A stretch of 63,973 bases of DNA, the filler included, from Octopus bimaculoides (lineage: Eukaryota), in NCBI RefSeq assembly GCF_001194135.2. It is 6 parts of 6 records of this genome, joined end to end, with 100 filler letters (N's around TTAATTAATTAA, not from the genome) between each part and the next. Parts side by side here need not be neighbours in the genome. Positions count along the whole stretch, not along the records: positions 1 to 19,494 come from NC_068981.1; 5 more parts are not named here. One strand, written 5' to 3'. Under the pieces are notes generated by a model. It was not told the DNA's origin. It made no database searches and was given only the letters and a program-made list of their open reading frames with translations. Of this stretch, positions 1 to 12,300 are shown one piece after another (positions within the stretch are counted from its first letter, which is position 1; every line of letters begins with the position of its first letter). The translations under genes and the position numbers were made by a program.

Positions 1-53
<53 letters not shown>

Positions 54-265
54 ATTAATAATATCAAGGTAATAAGAAACACCCTATAGTATTTATTCTT
101 TGGTGACTTACTCATTAAATGACCGTAACTGATTTCTATCTCCCAGAGGTAAAGAGTTACATTTGCCTTCGGCTTTAGAGGCTGACGAGACGTCCATGAG
201 GGTAAACCTTTTGTATGTAGTCACTCCATCACCGGACATACACTAAACTACATATAATATAATAT

Positions 266-806
266 GTATTATATTAGAGGAAAAAGGACATCAAAAACTA
301 AGGCAGGACGAGTATCTCAAGTTATTTAGAATAATTTAATTGGGTTAAGGTGAATTTGAAGTCTTACAGCTATCTCTGGGATATCCCAACTGATAGGCTA
401 ACATGTCCGTACACTGGATATTCCGTCATCAGCGACAAGGTGGATATGTATGAAAGTTCTGGATAGGGAAATTCACAGTTTATAAGGAATAAAATAGAAG
501 ATTAAAGAGTAAAAGTAGGTAGAGGTCTACAGACAGAAGATGACTTCTATCTGATTTTACCATTTATTCTTCTATATTATTCGGTATAAACGGTGAATTC
601 CCCTGTCTAGTACTTTCATACATATATACCTTGTCTCTGATGATGGAATACCGAGTGTATGGACATACTAGCCTATCACTTGGGATATCCCAGAGACAGC
701 TGTATGACTTGAAATTCACCATACTCCAATTAAACTATTCTACATGGGTTGAGATTCTGGTCTTGTTTTTGTCTTTGTTGTCATTTTACCTCTAATATAC
801 TATATA
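266..806. repeat. Long imperfect inverted repeat (arms ~266-527 and ~542-806, 14-nt spacer)
   Basis: Reverse complement of 542-806 aligns colinearly with 266-527, e.g. cagctatctctgggatatcccaactgatagg vs cagctgtctctgggatatcccaagtgatagg; roughly 75-80% identity by eye. Confidence 0.9.
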
Positions 807-1011
807 CCCACTAATATGGAAGCTTAATACGGATCCCTAGCTCCAGCCTCAGCTGTGAACGTGGAATCTAACGGATGACCAACTATAGCACTTACTCAGC
901 GTACTTGTTCCTTTAGATCACCAGTGAACTAAACTCCTCATATTATATATATATATATTTAACTCTTATCTGTACCAACAGCGGTGCTAGTCACATTCGT
1001 AACCTCTATTA

Positions 1012-1098
<87 letters not shown>

Positions 1099-1237
1099 CA
1101 TGTTAATAGAGGTCATGAAAATGACAGAGGGTACTGCCTAGCACCGTTTTTGCTACACATGAGAGTTAAACTAAATCAAAGCTACAAACTCACTACCTTA
1201 AGTGGGTGACAAAGGGAGATAAGTCACCAGCGTACAT

Positions 1238-1293
1238 AGCCGGATTGTAATTTCGGATTTTGACGTAGACCCTCTTAATCCTCATCAGCGGTC
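1238..1293 (-). ncRNA. Type I hammerhead ribozyme, catalytic core complete
   Basis: Minus strand: gaccg CUGAUGA GGAUU-(17-nt loop)-AAUCC GAAA UU-AC-AA UC / cggcu. Core boxes intact, 5-bp stem II with G10.1-C11.1, AUC triplet; stem I has 3 bp, one mismatch and a G-U pair. Confidence 0.8.
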
Positions 1294-1574
1294 CTTAGCC
1301 CCTACAGTTAAGCTTAACTAGTCCTTTCAGTCTTATAAGAAAAACCGTTGAAAACGCGTGATGATTTCTAAAACAGTAAAAGTGCAAAGAACGAATTAGA
1401 AAGGGTGGCTTATTAGCAATTAGGACCTAAAGGCAAAATTAATAGAGGTTACAAAAATAACAGACGGTACTAACTAGAATCACTTTTGCTAATGATAAGA
1501 GTTAAAGTAGCTCAAAGCCACCAACTTCACTGTCTTAAGTAACTGACAAAGTGAGGTAAGTTCCCCGCGTAGAT

Positions 1575-1735
1575 AGCCGGATCGTGATTTCGGATTATGA
1601 TGTAAACCATCTAATCCTCATGAAATAACTACCTCCACTCCGTTTCCTGGAGGAAGTGTTATTGATACAGAAATAGACCGAGCAACCATTCAAACACATC
1701 GGCAAGATGCCCAGAACAAATTCTCATCATCGGCT
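1575..1735 (-). ncRNA. Second hammerhead copy, interrupted by a 101-bp insertion (1622-1722) and with C3>A
   Basis: Removing the insert and one CTCAT copy gives agccg AUGAUGA GGAUUA-GAUG-guuua-CAUC-A-UAAUCC GAAA UC-AC-GA UC / cggcu, with a perfect 5-bp stem I. Confidence 0.72.
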
Positions 1736-3214
1736 CTTAACCCCTTTTGTCGGTCACTTAAGACAGTGGGTTTGTGGCTTTGAGTTAATTTAACTCCTAT
1801 CTTTAGCAAAAGCGGAGCTAGTCAAGTATACTCTGTCACTTTTTTGACCGCTATCAATTTTGCCTTTAGATTCTAATTGCTAATAAGCCACCCTTTCTAA
1901 TTTGTTCTTTACACGTTTACCGTTTTGCAACGGTTTTTCTCGTAAGACTGACAGAGATAGTTAAGTCTAACCGTAGACGCTGAGTTTGTGGCTTTGAGTT
2001 GGTTTAACTCTTATCTTTAGCAAAAGTGGTGCTAATCAGTACCCTCTGTCACTTTTGTGACCTCTATTAATTTTGCCTTTAGAGTCTAACTGTTAATAAA
2101 ACACTCTTTTTAATTTGTTATACACACACGCACACACACACACACACACACATACACACACGCACACACACACACCTATGTATATTTGAATGTAACATAA
2201 TATTAACATTCTACGAAGAATATCTTACGGCTTCTAAACATACCACGCGAATTCACATGCACGCGAGCGCACATACAAAGACATACATATATGTGCAAAT
2301 AAATATACACACTAATACGCAAACATACACACATACACATATAAATATATATACATTTACATATAAATTTGTACAGAGTTTAACTATTTACAGTTTAGGA
2401 AGCATCACATTGTTGGATATGTGATGTAGAAAAACGTTTGTACATTTATAATTACCAAGGTGAATCCGATAATGAGGAAACATAATTTCCTTAATTGAAA
2501 AGTAGACTGAATTATACATCACACACATAATACACTGCTTGTGAAAGTGATAAATGCTTTCCAGCGCCTGACTGTTGCTTTTAATTTACACTGTGTTTTA
2601 CATTATCCATCACGTTCGAAAATCGCTAACATTTCTAGTAAATGCTGAGAAAGCAATTAAATATTGCCGTATGCTAAGTATAAAATTGACGCGAAGAAAT
2701 TTGAGTAAATTAAACTAATATATTTGTATTCGATTGTGCTATGTGAAGACATTTGGTTATTGATTTGGGGCTTTGGTAAAACAGTAGGACTCTTGGGACA
2801 AAGCTATAGTTGATTTAATTGACTTGTACTTATTTAGTCAACCTCAGAAGGTTTAAAGCTGAGATTTATGGATAATGCGATATTTTATTTTCCTTCCTCC
2901 AAATCGTTAGACTCCTAGATAAACAAAATTAATCATAATATCCGTTGTTGTTTATTCCCTACACTACAGTTTTATTGTGTTACAGTCATTGTATATGATT
3001 GTGTGCGTTCGGGCTTATGCCAATTTGTATGCATGTGTGTACACGCGCACGCGTCTATATGTTTGCCCCAGCGTGGTTTCAGTCAAATGACTGAAACAAG
3101 TAAAATATATAACATATTTTAATATAATATAATGTAATATAATATAATATATATATATATATACACACACACGCACACATTCATTCGTATATGTTTGTGT
3201 GAATGCGTATGTGC

Positions 3215-3285
<71 letters not shown>

Positions 3286-3699
3286 CAAGTAAACAAATAG
3301 TTACGTAGGTAAGTAGGTAGTTAGCTACGTACCTTCATACTAGTATTAAAGCTATTAATTCTTCGAATGATAAATCTTGATAGACTCTATTGTTATGTGC
3401 CCAAAGGTCTCATTTGTTCTAAGTACTACTTGGCTGCATTAACGTCAGTGACTGGTCAAGCATATCTGTGAGTGATATCCATGGTGGCACACCAGATGGA
3501 TTATTCCTTTCTTGCGATTATACATATTTGAGATTTCGCATATCCGATCGATTCTGCAATTAATGATTTGGGGCTTTCTCTAGCTTCCCTTATCGCAGCT
3601 GAAATGTCCTGTGCTTAGATATTGTATTCCATGACATTTGTTGTCTCTTATACTTGCGTTACTGGCAGTGCCGGCCGCTAGTAATGATTATAAATTGGT

Positions 3700-4400
3700 G
3701 CATTTGTTATTCCACTGTAAGTTAGTCAAACAATGCATTGCACCCACTGAGATTAGCTTTTGATAAAGAGAGCTACCATACTCACTATTTGAGAAAAAGG
3801 AATTACAGCCATGATAGGCATCTTGTATTTGAATGAGATGTCGCACAGGTATTTGTGCAACAGTTGATATGGAACTGATCTAGTATTTTCAAGTCTTCGA
3901 CACCACGTCCAGTTCTTAACATTTGGAAGTGTGGGTAAGAAAATTATCCGTTGTGCACTGATCTTCATGCTAAGGCGCATTTGATCAGCTGGTCATACGT
4001 AGCTTAAACCTGCTTTTTGTGTCTTCCATTCTGAGAGAAGAAACTTCATTACCCAAACAACCAGAATTCTGGTTACATTTCAACTATCCTTCATTGGAAT
4101 TTTACGATTGGGTCATGAGAATTTCAGATTTTGATTGCAAAATTGTTTGTGTCGTCTCGAAGTTGATAATGGAAACGGTATAAATAGTTTCTCTAGCTAA
4201 GGTAATGTATATTTTTAAATACTATGATGTATGTCTCGTACTTTATATATACATATTTACTTTATTCAACGTAATTTTTTTAATGGTCGTTAGGGAGAAA
4301 CTGTATATAAAATGGACTCTCGGTATATTAATCAATAGTTTGGTATTAAGTGCTGAGGTTTCCTATAGCAATGATTTTTTTATATATAAGACACTACAAT
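3700..4400 (-). mobile_element. Decayed Penelope-like element fragment (GIY-YIG region)
   Basis: Frameshifted minus-strand peptides CNQNSGCLGNEV, KSRFKLRMTS, FHINCC..SHSNTRCL resemble, in order, the PLE motifs CPLxGxCL, FKxRYxNH and IxW..YxNxxKRC. Confidence 0.45.
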
Positions 4401-7400
4401 AGAATTATATAAACTGTGATGATAAATGTCTGTGTGGAGGAATGTAAAATATAAATTTGAGGAATATATTTAGTGTAGCATATGAAATAAGACAGTAGTT
4501 GAAATATTTATAAATGTGAGGACCTCCCACTTTTGTGTCTCACTTTTCACTCACTTTAGTTTAGGAGAACACAAAACAATTTGGGGAAAATACAACACTA
4601 AGAATTAATGTTAAGGACCTAAGTAAATGCCAAAAGCTTTCTTTTATGACACGATGTGGAAACATAAATTGTTAAAATAGGTTAGAAAAATCCCTTGATA
4701 GGGCACTTTATGTAAAGTCATATGCCCCCCCCCCGCCCCTATTTACTAATACTTATGTTCATCTAATAAATTACCAGTGAGATGGTTCAGAATGTATTGT
4801 AATATTGATTTACAGTTTCTATGAAAATCAATAGTGAAGCTTGTCCTTTTCAGCATCCATAGTGTTATGCATGACCGATTTTAGAATCATAATATTATGC
4901 GGAATCCCTTTTATAGTTCCGTTAGGTAGATAAATCAGGATAAATAGTGTAACTTTGTTTTACTCCAACAACAAAATAGTACACTGCTGCTTCAAAAGGA
5001 CACTGCAGACAAAATTAGCTCTATATTTTTTCAGCGATTTCTAATTTGAAGTTAACAGTTCATTATCAGATATCGAAAATAGACAAAATGGTTAATTAAT
5101 TTTACACAAATCCCTTTAAGTCTCGCATTTAAACTATGACTTGATAAATGCGTCAAGACGAACGCCGTGTCTATCGCCGTCCATACGAATTTCGAAAACA
5201 TAATTTTTATCTAAGTAATCCATCAAATGAAAAAAATAGAGTACTCCACTAAAGCATCATAAACTAATGGGCAACCACGTGATCAGTGTCTTGGCACCCA
5301 ATTGAATATGAGATACCATTTTGCAAAGCACACAAATATATAAATAAATATGTTATGTATGCATGTGTGTGTGCGCGCGTGTGTGTGTGTGTAAATATAT
5401 ATATGTATATATATATACATATACAAAGACAGAGCGAGAAAAAAAGAGAGAGCAAGGGAGAGAAAGAGTGAAGGAGAGAGAGGGAGGGAAAAGGAGACAG
5501 ACAGAGAAATGTATATAGATTAGAAAATGTAAAAATATGTAGATAGATAGATCACAGATAATATAAGACAAAGGGAGAGAGGGACATGTGTGCATATATT
5601 TTCCTAAATATATTCACAGACAACTTCTTTTGTTACTTTTATTTTGTTTTCTGTGGTTAGCTTCAGCGCTCCTAAGTTGCAGTAGCAAAACCGAATCAAG
5701 AAGTCATTGCCTCAGCATATTGAAAGACAAGGATGATATATTGTCAGAATTATTTAAATACGGGTCAAATTCTATGTTTATTTCAATGTCATAAGAATTT
5801 GAACTTAAATTTAACCGCTATGTTTTGTTTTTCATCCCTCCAACAGGGGTGAATTACATTCTTGCTATTTCCCTGTTTTACCTATAGAGATTGATTGTTC
5901 TCCTCCAGTGGGAAGAAATATAATGTCATCCTAACTACTAAGATTTATTTAATCTGCTCTTTGTGTCCCGAACTTTTATATTTTGTGCTCGTGTTAGATG
6001 TCATTTCTAGAGGTTTTCAAAGCAATATTAATCTGATATAGGAAACAGTTTGAACACAATCACGTTCTAAGTAAGTTTTTGTTTACCGACGCGTTTATAA
6101 CTTGAAACAAATATTGTTTACGCCCTAACCTAACAGCTGCATAGAAAATATTTTTCAATTCGTTACTTGTTATATGGATCTAAATATATGTATAACTAAA
6201 TAATGAATTTTGTTGAACTGCTGATTCCATGATATACCTATATTGAGCAATATTGATTTACGAGTGATATTAAGGAAACAAAGTTATCGACAAAAGAGTG
6301 AATTTTTGAATTATATCGATATTTCTGCTATTGAGCGAAAAATAAAGACAGTTTTTAAATTTGAAAGTAAAGTCTCTCTCTTTTAAAGTAAGAAACATGT
6401 ATATATTTTTTGTTTTCACTTTTCTCTTCATATATTGTATATATGGAACAAAAATAAACAAAAAACTATGAATATGCAAATGTTTAAAATAATTAATATC
6501 AATAATTCAAGAATCGTAACTCACATTTGATACATTTTATTTCCAGCTTGAAAATATTTCGAAATTTATCTTTAAACGTTTCTTTGTTATTCTTTTCTTT
6601 CTATGTGAAAAGAAAGATCTTAAGGATTAAGTGAAACGACAATATAAACTTATGTTAGAACGTTTGCGTCCGTTTGAACCATAACGTACATCTCATTTCT
6701 TTCTTTGTTCTTATCTAAAATGAAGTCAATTGGCAATTCTTTAAAACAGTTAGTATTCCAAAAAGCGCTGGCTTTGTTTTCTATTTTTAACTTTTCCCAG
6801 TTTCAGGTTGAGTGTTTGATAGTATGTCATCTGCTTTAAAGATCGAAATAGTTTGATATTTGCCTATAAACTACTCGGTTTTTCCTATCGATTTTCGACA
6901 TAGTGCATAAACTACATAGCTTCTTAATTTAATTTATTTTCACTTTTAGAGAGCTATGTGTTAATGGCCATGGATTGGTCATTTTTTCCTCATAATATGT
7001 GTAGTGTTTTCTCCTTATTTAATGATTATTCTTTGGTGTAGTTATCTTGAAGCTTGTAATTCATTATTTCCTTATTCACAGAAACATAATTTTATGTTTA
7101 TGAAACCATAGTCAGTTACTTTAAGTTTATTTACAATGGGTAATACCCAACTTAAGAACTTACAAAATTATCTTTACAAATTCAAAGAAAAATAATATAA
7201 AGAGTTTAACGAAATAATTGTATGAATGTTCCGATAACACAAGGAAAATTAAATTGAAACTGGAACGTCTGCTTCGGATGCAGATACTGAGATCAGATAA
7301 TTGGAATATAACACCACAAACAGATATTAAGGAATCGCATTGAATGTGCTCAAGTCACTGTTCGCAATTTGTGGTACTTCTCTAGTCGTATGAAAATGCG

Positions 7401-8205
7401 CCCTCATTATTATGAGGACGAGACAGGTATGTCTATACCCACAGTGGCTCTAAGCAGTATAATGTGGAAAGAAGCTCGAATATTTTATCTTACTGTCTAG
7501 CTAGTACTTAAGGTTTATGTACTGGAAGATATTTTATATATATACATAGAAGAAAATGGATATAATAGCAATGGGAAACTCGTTGTTTTCGCTGGTATGT
7601 CTTTAATTAAATAGATAACAAGGAAGAAGAAACAGAATATGCAAATACATACAGATGCTTATGCGTATATGCATACATACAAGCATACTTACATAAAGCA
7701 TACATACATACATACATACATACACACGCACGCACACCTACATACATATACATAAACGTAATGATTTAAATGAGGAAAGGAGGAATCTAATTAACATTTC
7801 AATTGTTTCCGTAAAAGGAGTTTGATCTATTTCATATCTCATACAATGTTATCTATTACATGCCATAATATATGGAAATATCTAGCAATAATCCTATTAG
7901 CTTCTTCAGATGTCATAATTTGGAGTTACGATCGATCAAATGAATTACTCACTCTACTGCATCTTACATAGGAATGGTGCAGTGCTCAGCCGTATAGGAT
8001 TCGAAGACTTACGGATATCATTTTGATTTTAGAACAATACAGCTATCTACGACCCTATATAATATGCTAATGAGGCGATAGCCAGGATTTTAATCATCCT
8101 CTCCAACTAAATGTATATATACATGTATATATTTATATATACAGGTAGATATAGGTATGTACATACATGTATGTATATATGCATAAACTCATTTATTATT
8201 TGTAT

Positions 8206-8251
<46 letters not shown>

Positions 8252-8720
8252 NNNNNNNNNNNNNNNNNNNNNNNNNNNNNNNNNNNNNNNNNNNNNNNNN
8301 NNNNNNNNNNNNNNNNNNNNNNNNNNNNNNNNNNNNNNNNNNNNNNNNNNNNNNNNNNNNNNNNNNNNNNNNNNNNNNNNNNNNNNNNNNNNNNNNNNNN
8401 NNNNNNNNNNNNNNNNNNNNNNNNNNNNNNNNNNNNNNNNNNNNNNNNNNNNNNNNNNNNNNNNNNNNNNNNNNNNNNNNNNNNNNNNNNNNNNNNNNNN
8501 NNNNNNNNNNNNNNNNNNNNNNNNNNNNNNNNNNNNNNNNNNNNNNNNNNNNNNNNNNNNNNNNNNNNNNNNNNNNNNNNNNNNNNNNNNNNNNNNNNNN
8601 NNNNNNNNNNNNNNNNNNNNNNNNNNNNNNNNNNNNNNNNNNNNNNNNNNNNNNNNNNNNNNNNNNNNNNNNNNNNNNNNNNNNNNNNNNNNNNNNNNNN
8701 NNNNNNNNNNNNNNNNNNNN

Positions 8721-8761
<41 letters not shown>

Positions 8762-8949
8762 CACAAACTACTTATAAATTTCACTTGTCTCTTTAGAACT
8801 GACCCTCACCAACGTCATAATTTGTTTCTGTGGCTGTTGAGTTTATTTTTAAGCTTTTTGCTTTGTTTTGCGAGAGAAACTACGTATCTTAGCTTATAAA
8901 GTGTTACTGCAACATTAGAAGCTAGGCCATCCGACTTCGATCAGAAACT

Positions 8950-11500
8950 TTCAAGGTTTATTGTTTACAATACTCCCTACGTGGTGCAGCTACGGTGTTG
9001 CTCTGTGACGTTACGGGTCATGAGAACTGCCATGTCTTACCCTTACAGATGTAACTCCAATTCTTGTCTGCACTGAGCACCTTCTTATATTATGTCACAA
9101 AGTTGACTAGTACTCAGTTGTCGACATTGTTAATGATGATCCTGAAACTGTCCCTCGTGTTCCTACTTAGTAAAACGCTAGGCGATTCGCATATTGGCAC
9201 TTGTATTAAACATAGTTGAACGTGGCATTCTGTTTTAAATATTACACTTATATTGCCACACGCCTTCCCACTGAATGTGATAACACTTAAAATATGAAAC
9301 ATAGCTATTTATATATCAGCAGTACTTCTTCTCAATAATTCTATTCTTCGATATTTTCATTATTATCAACCTTTTTACTCAGTTTTAGCAGTATTCGTCA
9401 TATAATGAGCTTTTCTTCTCAACGCATTAACGTCGTTTCTTTTAATTTTTAGCTTTTTTATACATGTTACATTTTTGTTCCCAGTCCTTTCACAGTTTTT
9501 TTTAATATCTCACGCCCTGTTTTATATTTCATAGATTGGTTGAATACGAAAATAAATGTTTGCTTTTTCAATTCTTTTATTGTTTACTCTATGTACTTCA
9601 TTATTTTTTTATTCTCTACTTAATATGCTTGTGTTCCTATTGTTGATAATATCTGTGTATTTGTATTCGTATTTGCAAAGGAAACTTACGCTTATCACGC
9701 TAAATATATTAATGTAGCTTTAAGGCATTATATTCAAAATGCAGTATTTAATGTACTTGTTTTCTTGTCTTATCTTGATAATTTGCGAATATCATAACTA
9801 TATCTTTATACTGAAACTGCCAGAATATTTCTCCATTTGTTTTTACCTTGTTCTATTCAAGAATTAATGCAATATGTCAATAATATTCTTTCTCTGTTTA
9901 TCTATCATTTGTATATGGTGTACGCAATTTAGATCATTTATTTCTTACCAATTATTTTGTGTTTTGTCTTACTCTGTCATCTCGGTACCTTTATCCAACA
10001 TTGTTTGGTTTTATTAGTTTCATCTCTTAAAGAAACTCATCTCGTTTTCTTTATCTATCACAGATTACTGTTCTTATTAGATTTTTCTATTCAATTTTTT
10101 TCAGAAGTGAACATCATATCAATTACGCTACTGAATGCACGGCAAGTAAATTGTTTCGAGTTGTTTAGCGTTTACATCTTAGTATAGATCCGCCTCACCA
10201 TCACAGCATCATTTTCCTTATTATTCGAATCCAGTATAGTTTATTATTTTAGGTACATATTTTGACCTTAGCCCAAATTTACTTCAAACATTTTCCCTAA
10301 AAGAAATGCATTATATTTGTTAATGTTGCATTCTCTTTGTAACTTAAAAAGTTGTTGCCCTATATTCACGCAATGTTTTATGCTTATTTTTTTCTATTCT
10401 TGGCACAAGGCCAGAAATCTTTTAGATCCACCTCAGTATGCTACTGGTACTTAATTTATCGACCTTGAAAGCATGAAAGGCAAAGTCGACCTCAGTGGAA
10501 TTTGAACTCAGAACGTAAAGACAGTTCAAATTCCACCGAGTTCGACTTTGACTTTCATCTTTTCGCTGTCGATAAATTGAGTACCATTTGCGTACTGGGT
10601 GGATCTAATCGACTGGCTTCCTCCCCCACAATTTCGGGCCTTGTGCCTAGAGTAGACAAAAAGAGAAAGAATGTTTGATGTATTATATTGGAATTGGCGC
10701 TGTTGTTTTCAAACACCACTGGTAAAACAAATTGTACAATTTATGCTATTTTCCGATCCCTTTTTCTTCTCTACATTTTGTTTAACTTTAATTATCAATA
10801 ATTGATCATCGCCTTCATAAAAATATCCCATCTCGTTGTATGCAAATAAAAGATTCTTTTTCTTTCACGTAAGCATTTATCTTTTGCTAGATTATTTCAT
10901 CTATTCTATTGTAAGAATGGAAGGTATGATTATAATTTGAGGTATATTTTATTCAGTTGTATATAGCAGGAACATTCCTTATAATAATGAATACATTCAA
11001 GTGTTGACTCTCGTTAATTCAAAAAATTAATGTCCTTCAATAGCTTTGTAAGTGACATTTTAAAGATGTATCATTTCCTTTGATATGCTATCGGTTTATG
11101 TTTTGAAACACCTGAAGTATTTCTTGCATTTTTATTTATTGCCGCGATTTTGCATTTGCTGAACTCATTTTTAAAGAAAAATCTTACACGTTACGTTTCC
11201 CTTGCACTACATAATCCTCTCTATCATTTTTTCAACGTGTTATATTAGTCTGCTTCTTTTTTTCTAACCTGTCTATTGGTAAAAATCGTTTTTGATTAGC
11301 GTTTAAATTGTTTGCATTGTTGACATAAACATTGTCGATTTTTTTTATAGTTCTTATCGATTTATCGAGTATTTCGTCTTTTATTTGTTCTTTGATTTCG
11401 GATGTTCTTTCTATATTATTTTTTGTTTCTGTAATGATTTCTAGTTTTCCAATGCTGTTCTTTTGCTTTGTTGATTAACTAAATGAGTGATAGATATTTC
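8950..11500 (-). mobile_element. Long, heavily decayed Penelope-like element
   Basis: A-rich minus strand; peptides EKANIYFVFNQSM (cf. RKRNIIWFNPPY), GKACGNISVIFKTEC (cf. GKC..SVIYKA) and ICE..RDSFR (ORF 9114-9302); boundaries approximate. Confidence 0.45.
10401..10665. mobile_element. Two family-A tRNA-derived SINE fragments in inverted orientation (10401-10525 minus; 10526-10665 plus)
   Basis: Both match the family consensus ttctgagttcaaattcc.ccgaggtcgactttgcctttcatcctttcggggtcgataaa.taagtaccag..ggccttgtgcc. Confidence 0.88.
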
Positions 11501-11849
11501 GTTTTCTATTTTTTCCCGCTTGCTTGTTTTCTCGCTCTTTTCTCGATTTTATATGTCTATGGGATTATATTTGAAGAAATATTTGCTTCGTTTTATGAAT
11601 ACTGGGAGTGTTGCATAGAATGTTTGATTTGTGATGGTAATACTGAATTTTGCATATACTTTTACAATTAAAATACCACCACACCTGGCCACACCACAAT
11701 TCATGTGCCAGCATATTACAACAGTAAACATCAGGGATATTGACACCTGGCAGATTGGTCACCAGTAGGTAGTGAGCGCCGACGTGCCTAAAAAATTCCG
11801 TGACGGTATATAAGTTTTCATGACACTCCGCCTCCAACAGCTGGGATAT

Positions 11850-12300
11850 TTCGAATCTCTGCTTAGTTATGTGTGAACAAACAAAAGCAACGTGATGTGT
11901 GGTGTAAAACAGATAACTCAGTTGTAGCTATTAGATCAATTTTCGGTATTGCAATCATGAACAAATATAAAAAAGCAAATAAAGGTGTAGAAAAGATAGT
12001 AGATAGTGGCAAATGCAGTAAAATCTGCAACATGGTTACATGTCTATAGGAATGAGCGTCTGTTTCGTTCTACATGAAACTATTCAATTAATCAAATGGA
12101 TCTTTTTTTTAAACTTCAGCTGCCTCTATAGATTTGCTATGCATATATTTTCATTTATTATTTGCATTAGTGCGAATGGACATAACAATTGCCTTTTCAG
12201 ATTCATTGTTATTAGTGATATCGAAGCTGTTAATGTTCCTCGTGAACTCATGCAAATTTTCGGCAGCAGAGAAAGCATGACTGTAAAGACATATGCCTGC
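11850..12300 (+). mobile_element. Decayed Penelope-like GIY-YIG fragment
   Basis: Ordered peptides SGKCSKICNMVTC, SIGMSVCF (cf. YIGMTE.F), FAMHIFSF (cf. LSxHIWxL) and EWT.I.IA (cf. IEWxII). Confidence 0.4.

Larger units (their letters stand above)
1095..2112. repeat. Array of a ~337-nt hammerhead-bearing repeat: two direct units (~1095-1437, ~1438-1745) followed by two inverted partial units (~1746-1975, ~1980-2112); small fragment also at ~961-1012
   Basis: Shared blocks taatagaggt, ttttgcta..gagttaaa, tagccggat..atttcggatt..taatcctcat recur with a 337-nt offset (agccg at 1238 and 1575); 1746-1975 is the reverse complement of ~1310-1552. Confidence 0.88.
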
